A stretch of DNA of 63,372 nucleotides, counting the filler, from Globobulimina sp. (taxonomy: Eukaryota): assembly GCA_003354225.1 (NCBI GenBank). It is 24 parts of 24 records of this genome, joined end to end, with 100 filler letters (N's around TTAATTAATTAA, not from the genome) between each part and the next. Parts side by side here need not be neighbours in the genome. Positions count along the whole stretch, not along the records: positions 44,967 to 47,510 come from PIVH01006083.1; positions 47,611 to 50,154 come from PIVH01006084.1; positions 50,255 to 52,798 come from PIVH01006085.1; positions 52,899 to 55,442 come from PIVH01006086.1; positions 55,543 to 58,086 come from PIVH01006087.1; 19 more parts are not named here. One strand, written 5' to 3'. Positions 45,730-57,322 of the stretch are shown here, in pieces. The notes under the pieces were generated by a model. That model searched no databases and had not been told where the DNA came from. It was given only the letters and a program-made list of their open reading frames with translations. The stretch's first letter is position 1, and every line of letters begins with the position of its first letter. The position numbers and the translations under genes are program-made.

Positions 45730-46692
45730 ATGTTCTGGAGCAGCGCTGTCAAACCTGTTGTGTATGGAGACGTCATCCCTGTTGCCACAAAATGTATAAT
45801 GTGTGACACAGAATTGCCAAATTTTAAATTTTCATTGACTCAAAGAAGAAATAAAAGACGTGACGATCGTACATGCAAAAATTGCGTAATTAAGCAAAAC
45901 AAACAACATTGTAATAAGGATTTTGTTACAGAATTTTCAACATCAAATTCTCATTCATTACTTTTTGATGATCCAATGAATATTTGTTATGCAGATCACA
46001 ACCAATTATCAGATAAATTATGCAAAGGTTATGTCAACATTATACAGAAATTATTAACTGTTGTAATTCCAACTGATATTTATAAAGTAATTCGTGATTA
46101 TTACAATGACAAACACGACGCCAATTTCTTATTTTCTGGAGAGACAGACTTTTGGGATATGGATTACTGTGAAGACTTTTGGGGTATGGATGATTATTGG
46201 AGATTTTGGACAGTTTACGGTAAGATATTAAATTGGACGAGTGACAAAAGAAAAGATACCTATTATCTAGATATTGAGCCAAAAATACACAAAAATATGT
46301 GCTTACCATTAAATAGAATTGCAATCAAATTCAAATTGCTTAATATTTATACATGGAATGCTTGGACAATTTATTGTGGTGCACTCAGCAGTCTCAGCTT
46401 GACCAATAATCATCGATTTAGCTCATTTAATGAGGGGCAATTGGGTATCTTCCAGAATTATGGCCGTGATTTGAGAAAAGTGATAGATGTACAACAATAT
46501 GACTTTATAACATATATATTTGATTTCAATGATGGTGTATTAGATATTTGGCTCTCACAAAATTATTCAAAAAAGGATAACAAAATTTATTCAATAGCAA
46601 TTGATATCGAATCAGAATACAAATTGCAAGTTTCTGTTTATGATCGGCTCGATTGCTTTGAATACGTCAACTTGTTGGCGATATGCAATTAG
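45730..46692 (+). CDS. Stc1-like zinc-finger protein with C-terminal SPRY-like domain
   Basis: CIMC...FSLTQ...CKNC finger, then LCKGYV...IPTDIYKVIRDYY, then a beta-rich domain. Confidence 0.6.
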   Translation: MFWSSAVKPVVYGDVIPVATKCIMCDTELPNFKFSLTQRRNKRRDDRTCKNCVIKQNKQHCNKDFVTEFSTSNSHSLLFDDPMNICYADHNQLSDKLCKGYVNIIQKLLTVVIPTDIYKVIRDYYNDKHDANFLFSGETDFWDMDYCEDFWGMDDYWRFWTVYGKILNWTSDKRKDTYYLDIEPKIHKNMCLPLNRIAIKFKLLNIYTWNAWTIYCGALSSLSLTNNHRFSSFNEGQLGIFQNYGRDLRKVIDVQQYDFITYIFDFNDGVLDIWLSQNYSKKDNKIYSIAIDIESEYKLQVSVYDRLDCFEYVNLLAICN

Positions 46693-46929
46693 CCATTATA
46701 TATAATGTTAGTTAAAAGGATAATGATTTTATATATGTAATACATTGATTTACTTTGCCAACTCAGAACCCATTGTTTAAATGTTTTTTAAATGTTTTGA
46801 TCTTTACTTAAAAACTTCTTCCACTTCCTCTTCCTAACTAACTAGAAAATCACAGAGAACATTACACAGCACGATTCTAATCAATCACACAAAAATGACA
46901 AAATAGAGTTTAAATAAACAACGATTTCA

Positions 46930-47510
46930 TTATTTATGTTGTTTGCTCTCAATTAATGTCCACGATGAAATGCGCACTTTTATTCCAACAGTCCATAATG
47001 ATATGCAAAAGGCGAGTTTTTCTATATTTTTCAACACAAATTTTAATTCATCATTGTTTTGGTGAACATCATTCAAAAGTATTTCAATGCACTCATTTCC
47101 TTTTTGCATATCAACTAAAAATGTCAATTTGTCATTTACTTTCATGCCTTCGTGGAGTCTCCTGTTTAATATGCGTTGTATATCACCATTCTCATCATTA
47201 TCATTCTTACCATTTATTCTGCTTTCACTGGTTTGCAATGTATATTTGCTGTGAATAATTCCGTTATGAACTAACCTTTTATCCCAACATCGAACAGCAA
47301 ATCCACACTGCAAATCGCCAAAAGCATTCTTATGAATACCATCAATATCACCATCATTTATTACATCCGAACTAAATCCAATACAAACATGACATGAATC
47401 CATTGTATTGATGTTATTTAAATAACTCGTTTGACTCTCCAGAATTACATCAATTTTATGAATATAATTATTGAGCGGCGCTCCCTTATCAGATATCCAA
47501 TATTTTGACA
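46930..47510 (-). CDS. SPRY/B30.2-like domain, C-terminal fragment
   Basis: CIGFSS...MKVNDKLTFLVDMQKG...FCISLW pattern. Confidence 0.5.
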
Positions 47511-47612
47511 NNNNNNNNNNNNNNNNNNNNNNNNNNNNNNNNNNNNNNNNNNNNTTAATTAATTAANNNNNNNNNNNNNNNNNNNNNNNNNNNNNNNNNN
47601 NNNNNNNNNNGT

Positions 47613-47765
47613 TTCAAATGGGATTTATCTGTGCTTAAATATCCAGCCAAAGAACCAACGCATAATTTATTTATTGTTAACTTACAGAAAACAGATTGTG
47701 GTGATTTGTGTGCCGTGCGTATATTTGCTAAAAGTGATGATGTTATGATTGTTTTAATGGAGTAA
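47613..47765 (+). CDS. Sirtuin (SIRT6/7-like) C-terminal fragment, possibly degenerate
   Basis: Manual translation: ...LFIVNLQKTDCGDLCAVRIFAKSDDVMIVLME*, matching the IVNLQxT..D....RI.AK.D.VM sirtuin motif. Confidence 0.55.
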   Translation, partial: FKWDLSVLKYPAKEPTHNLFIVNLQKTDCGDLCAVRIFAKSDDVMIVLME

Positions 47766-48107
47766 TTGTTTTAGCATCAAATCGTAGCATCAATACCGTC
47801 ACTATCAACACCACAAACTACTAATTCCATAAACTGATTCCCGTCAGCTTCAGCACAGATATTCGTCAATGTAATCTTTACAAAGCGGTGCAACATCCAT
47901 TGAGGAATATTAATATCCAAAAAATGGCGATGAATCCTGTGCGAATGGAACAGTTGCATGCCATTAAACTAATAATAATCAGACTGATAGATGAGGATGA
48001 TTATATAAAAAAGTATTTTACGTTTTTTTTTTGTGTTATTGCGCCATTGTTCTTGATGTTACAGCATGTTTTAGTCCAGACTGAAGTTCAAAAACATTAT
48101 TTTAACC

Positions 48108-49225
48108 ATGGATGTCACTGAAGAGAATGAATTATTGCAGCTCCGCACAGAAAACAAAGTATTAAATACAAAATTAATGTCACAATATGCATTGAACAAC
48201 AAACTACAGAAACAATTAAGCAAAATCAACCACAAACTTGACAAACATTACCACCCCGACTCAGAATTGGAGCCATTATCAGTAACACTCGGCCATGACC
48301 GCACAGGCTCTGTTGCCTCAAATGTCAACTTCGCCCAAAAAATGCAAGTCGGCGCAGTAATACTCAAACTTTGCAAATGTTATGTCATACGAATATATCT
48401 CCATTATTGGTTGTGGCAAATACCAATCATCATCGCCAACATTATTCTCGCTTATATCTGGCTGTCAACCCATAGTATGATCACAGAACTTGGTTTCTTG
48501 GCGGTGGGCCCGGTCTTCTTTGCCGCCTTAATAAGAGACAGATTGTTCCTATGGTTCATATACTGGAGCATCAAACATTTATTTTGTTGTAACGTATATC
48601 TCAAATACCATTTTAGCCGCTTGCTGGACTGCATTGGTGGCTTACACGCCTCCTTCGGAGTGACTGCCTATCTATGGAATGCCATCTATTTTCATGACAT
48701 ATTTCGACATGAAAATTGTCAATTTACTGGCATCACAATTACAGCTTTAGCATTGCCGACTTTATTGCTCTTAATCTGCATCTCAGCTGCGCCCTGTTTC
48801 AGGTTTGCGAAGTTTGCAAACGTTTTTACAAATAAAGTATACAAAAATAGTTTCAATATTGTTGCCGGAACAGGTATTATTATCACAACTCATTTGAAAT
48901 CCTGCACCGTTATTTGAATTGGCTGTCACTGTGCTTCTTAGTGGGCCACGTTTATTATGTCAATAAAGGCGCATACAACGAGTCTGAGTATGATGGCATA
49001 AAACTGTTCGTCCATTTAACTGCCAATACTCCCTCGATATTTGCTATAGGTCTGGTCATTTTGACTTTGTATCCATGGCTCCTGATCCATAAAATCCAAG
49101 GCCAAAATGTAGAACTTGTGCCAGCTAATTCTGGCATTTCAACTGCGTTTATTTTCCCTATATGGTGTCCCATGGGCGCGGTATGCAAAAATGGCTTTGA
49201 TAACGAGAAAGGTGGTACTTATTAA
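48108..49225 (+). CDS. Ferric-reductase-like (TmpA-type) integral membrane protein; intron 48803-48873; C-terminus apparently short
   Basis: IGGLHASFG and, after splicing, PCFRYYYHNSFEILHRYLNW (heme-ligand-type His residues). Several TM helices. Confidence 0.65.
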
Positions 49226-50254
49226 AAACTGTAGTAAGCTGCATGGAGAAAAGCAACAAACCAAAAAATTAAATCAGATATGTTTTGATTATGTTTTGTT
49301 TTGTTTTGTTTTGTTTTGTGTTTTGTGAATGTTTAAAATATCATATTATCAGAACGAGTGCAGGCGGCGCCGCCTCCAGTTTCAGTTTGATGGCCTCAGA
49401 ATATGTTCTAACGCAGCCGGCAATGTCGGAGATTAATATTTGTGGCAATGTCGGAGATTAATTCGAATTCGAAAACGGATCGCATGCAAATGATGATTTT
49501 GCATTGGTATTTTGGGCCACCTCGCATACAAATTATACAAATATAGAATATATGGACGTTAACTAATTTTAATTACGACGAGACTTTGTACGGCGTGGAC
49601 GACGACAAAATTGTTCAAATTGGCGCAGCAAATCATATCTATTCATTGCGGGACAGACTCCGAATTCGGAAGAGATGAAATTAAATATTTGCGGCTTGGA
49701 TGTGGGAATAAATGAGCCGGATAAATATATCTCGGACATTGACTGCATTATAGCTGCGATTATAGCGTTATATAACGAGTATTTTCGATCGATATTATTC
49801 GCTGAATGACCGGTTTTTGAATGATTTATATTGGATTTCCATTTAAATTGTATCAGTTTATGAGTATTTGTCCGGTGTCGACATGGCAGATTTATTTATT
49901 TTACAGCGGCTGAATTTAAGGGTTGAGGTTTCCTAGGAGGTCACAGCTAGACTAGTCAGTTTAGTCACCTATAACAATTTAGTCATTATCAATAACTATT
50001 TAGTGAACATACTGCACGGATATTTATCAATAACTATTTAGTCAATACCAATATAACTATTCGGATTATGATATCACTATGGATATCGATTAGATCTCCG
50101 ATTATGAACATTAATAAAACACAACAAAATTCATTGACTATTTAGTTATTGTAANNNNNNNNNNNNNNNNNNNNNNNNNNNNNNNNNNNNNNNNNNNNTT
50201 AATTAATTAANNNNNNNNNNNNNNNNNNNNNNNNNNNNNNNNNNNNNNNNNNNN

Positions 50255-52333
50255 TCGCCATCCTATTTAATATTTGCCTGTCCCGGTGTACCCGATCTAG
50301 TCTCTGGTGGACAAACAATCGTATCTTCCGTTGAGAAAATATTTAATAAATTAATGCAAAGTGAACTAGGCAGAAATTTATTGAACGATGTTGCAAAATA
50401 TGGTGTTATTTATATTCGGAATGATGTTGATGAAAACAATAAAAAATCTGCGCCAATATGGGAAAATGTATCATATCCAACGTGGCAAAAAAGATTTAGT
50501 GGGCGAAATAAAAGTGAAATTATTGATTTGTTGACTGCAAACAATCAAAATGGAACATGGATATCTGACAATAATGGTTATCACACACTACATTCACGAT
50601 GGTTTATGCCTGGTTTCCGGTTACATCCAATGACAGAGAAAATGGTTTGGTTTAATCAATTATATGCTATGAATGGTCGCTATTTTAATTTGCATTTAGT
50701 GCCTGGAATGGATGCAATATACAATTTGTCTGAGAGGCCATTACATACATTGATAGGCAATGGGAGAGAATTAAGTGATGCGGAATATGTATTATTAGAT
50801 AATATTAATAGTGAATCAGCCATATTAATACCATGGGACAATAAAGGTGATATCTTAGCAATTGATAATTTTGCATATCAACATGGGAGAACACCATATG
50901 ATTCGTACAGAAGTTGTGTCATTAACTGGGGGCAGCCGGTTAAAGGTGGCAAATATATTTATAATCCAAAAGATTTCATGCAACCAATTGAGACCCACGA
51001 TATTGTCGCGGTTTATGAGTTATTGGATAACTTTAAATGGTATGACACATTGTATGAATATGTGATATACAGAGAGAATGAGAATATATTATCTGCAAAA
51101 TATGATTATACGTCTTCAGAAATTTCGTTTGATGATAATATTCCACAGATATATAAAGAAATATTTTCATATCGCAAAGATATAAATGTTTTAATTCATG
51201 TTTCTAATCCGGATATTTCATCCATTGTAATGTCGCAATATTCTTTTTTAGCGATTGATCAAAATTATTATATGTTACAACCAGTTCAAAAAATAAATAA
51301 ATTTAATGTCAGCAACTTAGGAATGGAAAGTAAATTATTATTAATAAATAATGAGGGAATGCTTGTTTTTGGTGCGTCAGTTTATGAAACATTTTCGCGA
51401 TTATTTTATGCAATTCGTGCCGCAAAAGCACAAGTATTTGCATTGCAGTATAATATCAATGATATAATATTTCCATCAGAAGAGATTCAACAAATTACAG
51501 CCAATCAATCATTAAATTTCAATGCAATAAATGGCTACGGATATTTAGAATTTATGGCATGGAAAAGAAGATATAATTTATTGCATAATGGAAGAGCCAA
51601 TATATGCCAACAAAAAGAAGAAGAAGAGATAGTATTTGAGTCTGATGAATATAATCTACGCAGAGACATTGTGCGCGCATATTTAACCTTAGATAGATTA
51701 GGATGGACAGACACGATTTGGCAGCATATTACAGCGGTGCTGCCAAATACAAATGACATGTTGCTAAATGCGTATGGTTTAGAATTTGGTGAAGTGTCCA
51801 TAAACAATTTGATGAGAGTAAGAATGAATGGTAGTGTTATTTATGGCGGCAATTCCGTTCGTTGTGGCGAAATAAACCCGTCTGGTTTCGTATTGCATGC
51901 AGTTATTCATAGAGCCCGCGCAGATGCACAGGTTGTCATACATTGCCATCATCCAATAATATCTGCAGTGTCTGTGTATAAACATGGTTTGTTATCGTCT
52001 TCCATTGAGGAGAAATATAAACAATTGATTGGTGAGATTGCTTATCATCCATTTGATTCATTAAGTTTTGCAATAAATAAAAGAATATTAGCAAATGAAT
52101 TGTCAAATGGAAGTAATGTTATTATTTTGAGAAATCATGGCATTGTTACTATTGGTAACAATGTGAAGGATGCATTCAATCGATTATATTACACCATGCA
52201 AGCCGCAAAAATACAAATCAAAACTGTCAATCAACACAATATAAATCCATCTGAGTGTCAAGCTAATAATAATAATACCAACGATAATAATTATTATGAT
52301 GCATGGAGTAGATTTAATGTCGCAAACGCATAA
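50255..52333 (+). CDS. Fusion of a TauD/TfdA-type dioxygenase and two class II aldolase/adducin domains, 5'-truncated
   Basis: PSYLIFAC..P...GGQT, VWFNQL and WDNKGDILAIDN...HGRTPY. Degenerate aldolase (LIHVS, NEG), then intact aldolase (WQHIT, GLEFGEV, LHAVIHRARAD, IHCHH, LRNHG). Confidence 0.85.
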   Translation, partial: SPSYLIFACPGVPDLVSGGQTIVSSVEKIFNKLMQSELGRNLLNDVAKYGVIYIRNDVDENNKKSAPIWENVSYPTWQKRFSGRNKSEIIDLLTANNQNGTWISDNNGYHTLHSRWFMPGFRLHPMTEKMVWFNQLYAMNGRYFNLHLVPGMDAIYNLSERPLHTLIGNGRELSDAEYVLLDNINSESAILIPWDNKGDILAIDNFAYQHGRTPYDSYRSCVINWGQPVKGGKYIYNPKDFMQPIETHDIVAVYELLDNFKWYDTLYEYVIYRENENILSAKYDYTSSEISFDDNIPQIYKEIFSYRKDINVLIHVSNPDISSIVMSQYSFLAIDQNYYMLQPVQKINKFNVSNLGMESKLLLINNEGMLVFGASVYETFSRLFYAIRAAKAQVFALQYNINDIIFPSEEIQQITANQSLNFNAINGYGYLEFMAWKRRYNLLHNGRANICQQKEEEEIVFESDEYNLRRDIVRAYLTLDRLGWTDTIWQHITAVLPNTNDMLLNAYGLEFGEVSINNLMRVRMNGSVIYGGNSVRCGEINPSGFVLHAVIHRARADAQVVIHCHHPIISAVSVYKHGLLSSSIEEKYKQLIGEIAYHPFDSLSFAINKRILANELSNGSNVIILRNHGIVTIGNNVKDAFNRLYYTMQAAKIQIKTVNQHNINPSECQANNNNTNDNNYYDAWSRFNVANA

Positions 52334-52341
52334 TAATACAT

Positions 52342-52779
52342 CAGTGTCATTGTTCGCAACTTTATATTTTTGGTTTTTCCTTTTCTCCCATAAATTGAAT
52401 CCAAAACCATCAAAATTTATCTTGTGGCAAACATGCAATCTTTAACCCCATATTTTTTAATGTTTTTTTATTTGTGCTCCCTTAATAATTCATCCGAATG
52501 TGATAGACACCAGCTTTGTGATTTGCATATCAATCAGATTATTCAGATAGGTTCTGGAATACCATTGACTTTGGGTGAATCTGTACGTACCTGTTTCACA
52601 ATTTGAAGTCAGATCATACACACTGCAGTGAATTATGGTGTTAAAATATGGTTTACCAGCACAACACAAAGAAAAAAACATTAAACAATGGAGTATTAAA
52701 AAATTGCATGTTTGCCACAAGATAAATTTTGATGGTTTTGGATTCGATTTATGGGAGAAAAGGAAAACCCATGACACTG
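52342..52779. mobile_element. Foldback/MITE-like element with long terminal inverted repeats
   Basis: 65-bp inverted repeat with one mismatch (52375-52439/52703-52767), a degenerate inward extension, and outer CAGTGTCAT/ATGACACTG. Confidence 0.7.
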
Positions 52780-52964
52780 CAGCACGCACACGGCACATNN
52801 NNNNNNNNNNNNNNNNNNNNNNNNNNNNNNNNNNNNNNNNNNTTAATTAATTAANNNNNNNNNNNNNNNNNNNNNNNNNNNNNNNNNNNNNNNNNNNNGA
52901 GTTGTACAAAGGTGGAGAGTCATGAGATGAGATGAAGCCAATGAATACTAGGTAGTACATGTAC

Positions 52965-53328
52965 CATAGGTGTAGTTGGGGGGGGATTACCCCCCCCCGA
53001 ACATGGTCAATCCCATACCCATCGGGCCAGACCCCCCTCCCTCTCCAGGGCAAGGCCGGTCGGGCCAACGAGTTTTTTGGTCCGAAAACCTCTGAAATTT
53101 CGATTTTTGGTCTGAAAACCTCTGAAAACACTGTTTTAAACCACTAACAAGTAGTCTACGCTTCTTATTATATCGAAATTTAACTATAAAAATTACTTTA
53201 GAGGCCAAAAAACGAAAAAATAGTCATTTTAGCCCCCCATCGATTTTTTTTGCCAATCGGGCAGACATTGAGGGCAACCGGGCAAGGCTTAGACCCCCCC
53301 TCAAGCAAGTCGACCAACTACACCTATG
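52965..53328. mobile_element. Non-autonomous hAT-type element (364 bp)
   Basis: Perfect 15-bp TIR CATAGGTGTAGTTGG/CCAACTACACCTATG flanked by an exact 8-bp TSD ACATGTAC (52957-52964, 53329-53336). Confidence 0.92.
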
Positions 53329-55564
53329 ACATGTACTGTATGACAATAAAAACGTAAATAAAAATAAGAAACGGAAACTACATATATATACACATTAAAA
53401 CAAGTATACAGTATAATACAGTATATACAGAACACAATCGAGTAAAACATGAGAAGTCACAATTATATGCCGAAAAATAGTAATCCGCTGACCTACTAAT
53501 AGTAATCCGCTGACCTACTACGAACGATACACAATACAAACTGTAAATGTGCATTAGGTATTATAGTGACGAAAAGTTAATAATCAATTGTATTAACTAT
53601 TTCAATCGATGCATTCCCCTTTGACAAGATCAGCCAAGGAGGTGCTGTTGAATGTTCTTTCCGGAAATCGACGGCTATATGACCCATCTTGCAACTGAGC
53701 TCGAATTCAGACTTGAAGCACTTTGTAAATACCATGTTGCGCAAAATTACTTCACGAACTGGTAAACAATGGCTTGCGAAATCGAAGAAATCGAATATTG
53801 TCTCACAAAACTAAAAAATAAATTTTGTACATTTTCATTGCATTGTACAATGTACAATGTATGTACTGCACATTTAGAACCACCGCATGCTAACATCCAT
53901 ATAGGGATGCAACAGAGACACAAATACCGGTACTTAGACAACTTTTAAATATGTACCGAGATACAGTACCTGTTGTACGTGCACTGTACATACATACACC
54001 GTAAATACATACCGGGCTGGACAATTTTTGAAATTTATATGGGCTCGGTCTCTCTAATAAAGTCTGGAAACTGTCCAAAGCGCATATCTCTATATACATA
54101 TATATGCTAGTCTAGTACTGACTGACCTCATTTAAGCTTCTTCTACTACACACTGCTGGGACAATGCCATCCAGTTCAATATGACGGAGTTGGGCATTCA
54201 AAATGAAAAGCTGCTTGAGCAAATATCCACCAGTTATGACAATACTGTGTTCTCCTGAATCTTCACTTGTACGACATGTAGAAATATTTTCGTTTGACGG
54301 CAATTCATATATGGAACATGGACTTACACGTGACACCATTGCTGCAATCCAATATTGGCACAGTCAGTGCTGTAGTAGTACATGTACAATGTACCTGCTG
54401 CAACAATAAGCACAAAGATTTTCGAATAATAAGGTCACAAAAAATGAAATTGTTCCCGTCCGTTCCGTTTCTAATTTTAAAATTTTTTATTTTTTAACTC
54501 CGCAAAAGCGTCTTTGGATGAGCAGGTGTATAGAGCAACGTATACCAAACGAAAATTAATAGTAGCCGAATTGTTAATTTGACGCTCTACCAAAAAGGAG
54601 TCATAAATATCTAATTTTTTTAAATAATAACTTATAAAGCAATAATTACATTTAAGTATTGTGAGTATTGCTTCTACTATGCATTTTACTTACTTATATT
54701 TCATTTATAATTATTTACTAAACATTTTAAATAGAGTTACTTTGGTGAAGATTATGGTGCGTCGTTTTGGTACTTTTGTACCAGTACGGCAAATCGATGC
54801 GACGCGGCCGCTTCCCGTCCGTTTATGGGATTATTTAATATATTGGAATATTTTTTATCAAAAAAGAAATTTAATTTAGTTATTGTATTGTAATTTTGGT
54901 CACTAGTTTTTAGTTGTCTTATTCGATTGTTTGGATGATTTAGTAATTAAATAAAACGAACGTTTTGTTTACCCATGGCTCCGGCAAAGAGTACGAGGCA
55001 GCTTAAGGTAGAAGAATCAAAACAAAGGAAGGAGTCTGCGAAGGCGGAGACAACGAAGGCGGCGAAGGCGAAGGAGAAGAAAGATATATTATCGGAGGTG
55101 AAAAAGGTCAAGAATAAAAAAACAACTGTATTTGTCAAGCTTCCTCCTCCGAAGAAGAACAAGAATGATGATGATGAAGCCGATGGTGATAAAAAAAAAG
55201 ATGATGATGATGATTCGGATGAGGTATAGACAAAAATCCCATCTTCTTTCTTCGCTAGATTATAATAGGTATCTCGACGTTGTGGTGCAAAAAGAACCCA
55301 AGTCCAGTATTTCTCAAAATTATACTACAAAATGGTTTGTAACTATTATAATTATAAGGATTTCATTTTTACCGATTTTTCTGGACTTTTTCCGATTCTT
55401 TTTGCACCACAGCATCGATTTATAGTACCACTTAGCCTGAAANNNNNNNNNNNNNNNNNNNNNNNNNNNNNNNNNNNNNNNNNNNNTTAATTAATTAANN
55501 NNNNNNNNNNNNNNNNNNNNNNNNNNNNNNNNNNNNNNNNNNGCCATTCTCGTATAAACTCCAT

Positions 55565-57199
55565 CTAAAAGACACAATTTTGCTGAATCAGCTGGTATAA
55601 ATGAACCAATTTGTCCCATTCATATCGCTGTTTATTACATAAAACAAAATATAATTTAAATTCACCAAACGATGGAATATATTCTTTTTTTCGATATTTT
55701 TCATAATTTAGAAAATGTATACACTTTTCTTCAATGATCGGAGATATAATGTTGCAATATTTAACATATACTGCCAATAACATGTGATATAAATGCATAA
55801 AAGTTTCAATTACGTTGATTGAATGATGCAAATTTTGTATATATATATTTCCATAATTATTGTCGCAATGTCTTGTCACCGATACTACCAAATAAGCCAT
55901 TATAGTCATCAATAAATGAATGCCCATCATTGGATGATATGATTTGGGCACAACATAATGAATGGGATTATTGATTGCTTGTTGAGCAAATATTTTATAA
56001 CATAATATTTCAAATAATTTCATTGATTTCTCACCGTGTTTCTTATTAATAAAAATTGGTAAGAAATGAGTAAAATTTTGTTCTTTCCACACTGTTGTTC
56101 GTATTTGATGTTTATTGAATGCATTATATGATAATAAGTCAAATGTAATTTCACATTTTTGTAATCTTAGAAATTTTAAATTTTCTGATTTTGAAATTGA
56201 AATATCGATATCCTTCAAATGATCACTAAAATATGGGGAATAAGATAAGCCAGAAAAAAATTTTGGAGTAAATCCATAACCCAATACAATATTATTTAAA
56301 ACTTGTTCATCTTCAAATACTTGATCATTTTTATTATTTTTATATTTATTTAATGTTTTCGAACAATAATTTAAATCAATTTTGTGATACCAACATCCAA
56401 AACGATTTAATTCAAATATTTTATTTCTTTCAATTATTACTTGAAATTGTTTACAAACATTATAAAAATAGACGCAATCTTTATACGTCAAAAAACATAA
56501 AATAACATTTTCAACATCGTCATATAATCTTTTCCACATATTCCGATGTTGTTTGTTTTTTTGAATGGACATATTTGATAATTCTAATTCTAATTCTTTA
56601 TAATCATCATTATCAGCAATATTATTGTAACTTTTATGCAAAATATATTGATTTTTAATTGGATTTTCATGGAAAATATTACATTTATTACATTGGTATT
56701 TATGTGATTCTTTTCTAATTTCTTCAATAATACTTGGGCTTAAATATGATTTTAATTCCAGTGCAGCACCATGCATTTGTTCAATTTTTTCGCCCATAAG
56801 AAATGATTGTAATTGTAATAAAATGGACAATATAGAATAAGCCGGTGTCCATCCTTTATATTTTTCGGATCTCGTATTCTGTTTCAATAAATCAAGACAA
56901 ATCCAATAACCATGGTTTGACGTTGTATTTCCATGAATACCTGATTTGAACACATTTGGATGCTTTAAATAATTACATAACTCAATTGATGGTGGTTTAT
57001 ATGGATAATTATTCGGAAATGTTATTATTAAATGAAATCTAATGCCTTTAAGAGGTCCATCAGCTGCAATCATATTTGCATGCCATATAAATATGTCAGT
57101 ATCTAATGGTGCGGCAATAATTGTTGGTACTTCTGAAGAGCATTCACGCCATTCCTTTAAATCCCGCAATATACGACGTGATGAATGTTGCAGAGACAT
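55565..57199 (-). CDS. Ubiquitin-conjugating (E2) domain plus F-box-like motif protein
   Basis: WHAN, FPNNYPYKPP, HPNVF...ICLDLL (catalytic Cys), GWTPAYS, then RLYDDVENVILCFLTYKDCVYFYNVCKQF. The true 3' end may lie beyond the contig. Confidence 0.85.
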   Translation of the reverse strand: MSLQHSSRRILRDLKEWRECSSEVPTIIAAPLDTDIFIWHANMIAADGPLKGIRFHLIITFPNNYPYKPPSIELCNYLKHPNVFKSGIHGNTTSNHGYWICLDLLKQNTRSEKYKGWTPAYSILSILLQLQSFLMGEKIEQMHGAALELKSYLSPSIIEEIRKESHKYQCNKCNIFHENPIKNQYILHKSYNNIADNDDYKELELELSNMSIQKNKQHRNMWKRLYDDVENVILCFLTYKDCVYFYNVCKQFQVIIERNKIFELNRFGCWYHKIDLNYCSKTLNKYKNNKNDQVFEDEQVLNNIVLGYGFTPKFFSGLSYSPYFSDHLKDIDISISKSENLKFLRLQKCEITFDLLSYNAFNKHQIRTTVWKEQNFTHFLPIFINKKHGEKSMKLFEILCYKIFAQQAINNPIHYVVPKSYHPMMGIHLLMTIMAYLVVSVTRHCDNNYGNIYIQNLHHSINVIETFMHLYHMLLAVYVKYCNIISPIIEEKCIHFLNYEKYRKKEYIPSFGEFKLYFVLCNKQRYEWDKLVHLYQLIQQNCVF

Positions 57200-57322
57200 A
57201 TTGATATTGTTTCAATCTCAGATCAAATCTGAACACAAACCACGGTTTCAACTTTCAATCTGTAGTATGTAAAACAAAGATGTAAACAAAACCTCAACTG
57301 TGAATGTCTTAGTCGTCGTTGG

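Noticed and set aside
49355-49810. Coding-like fragments and a 19-bp direct repeat after the membrane-protein gene
   Set aside because: Frames are short and interrupted, and I could not assign a family or element boundaries.
53570-55229. Possible exons on the minus strand (about 53570-53810, 54126-54395) and a Lys/Asp-rich ORF at 54975-55229
   Set aside because: Open frames and some splice-like sites exist, but there is no recognisable domain and no verifiable gene model.
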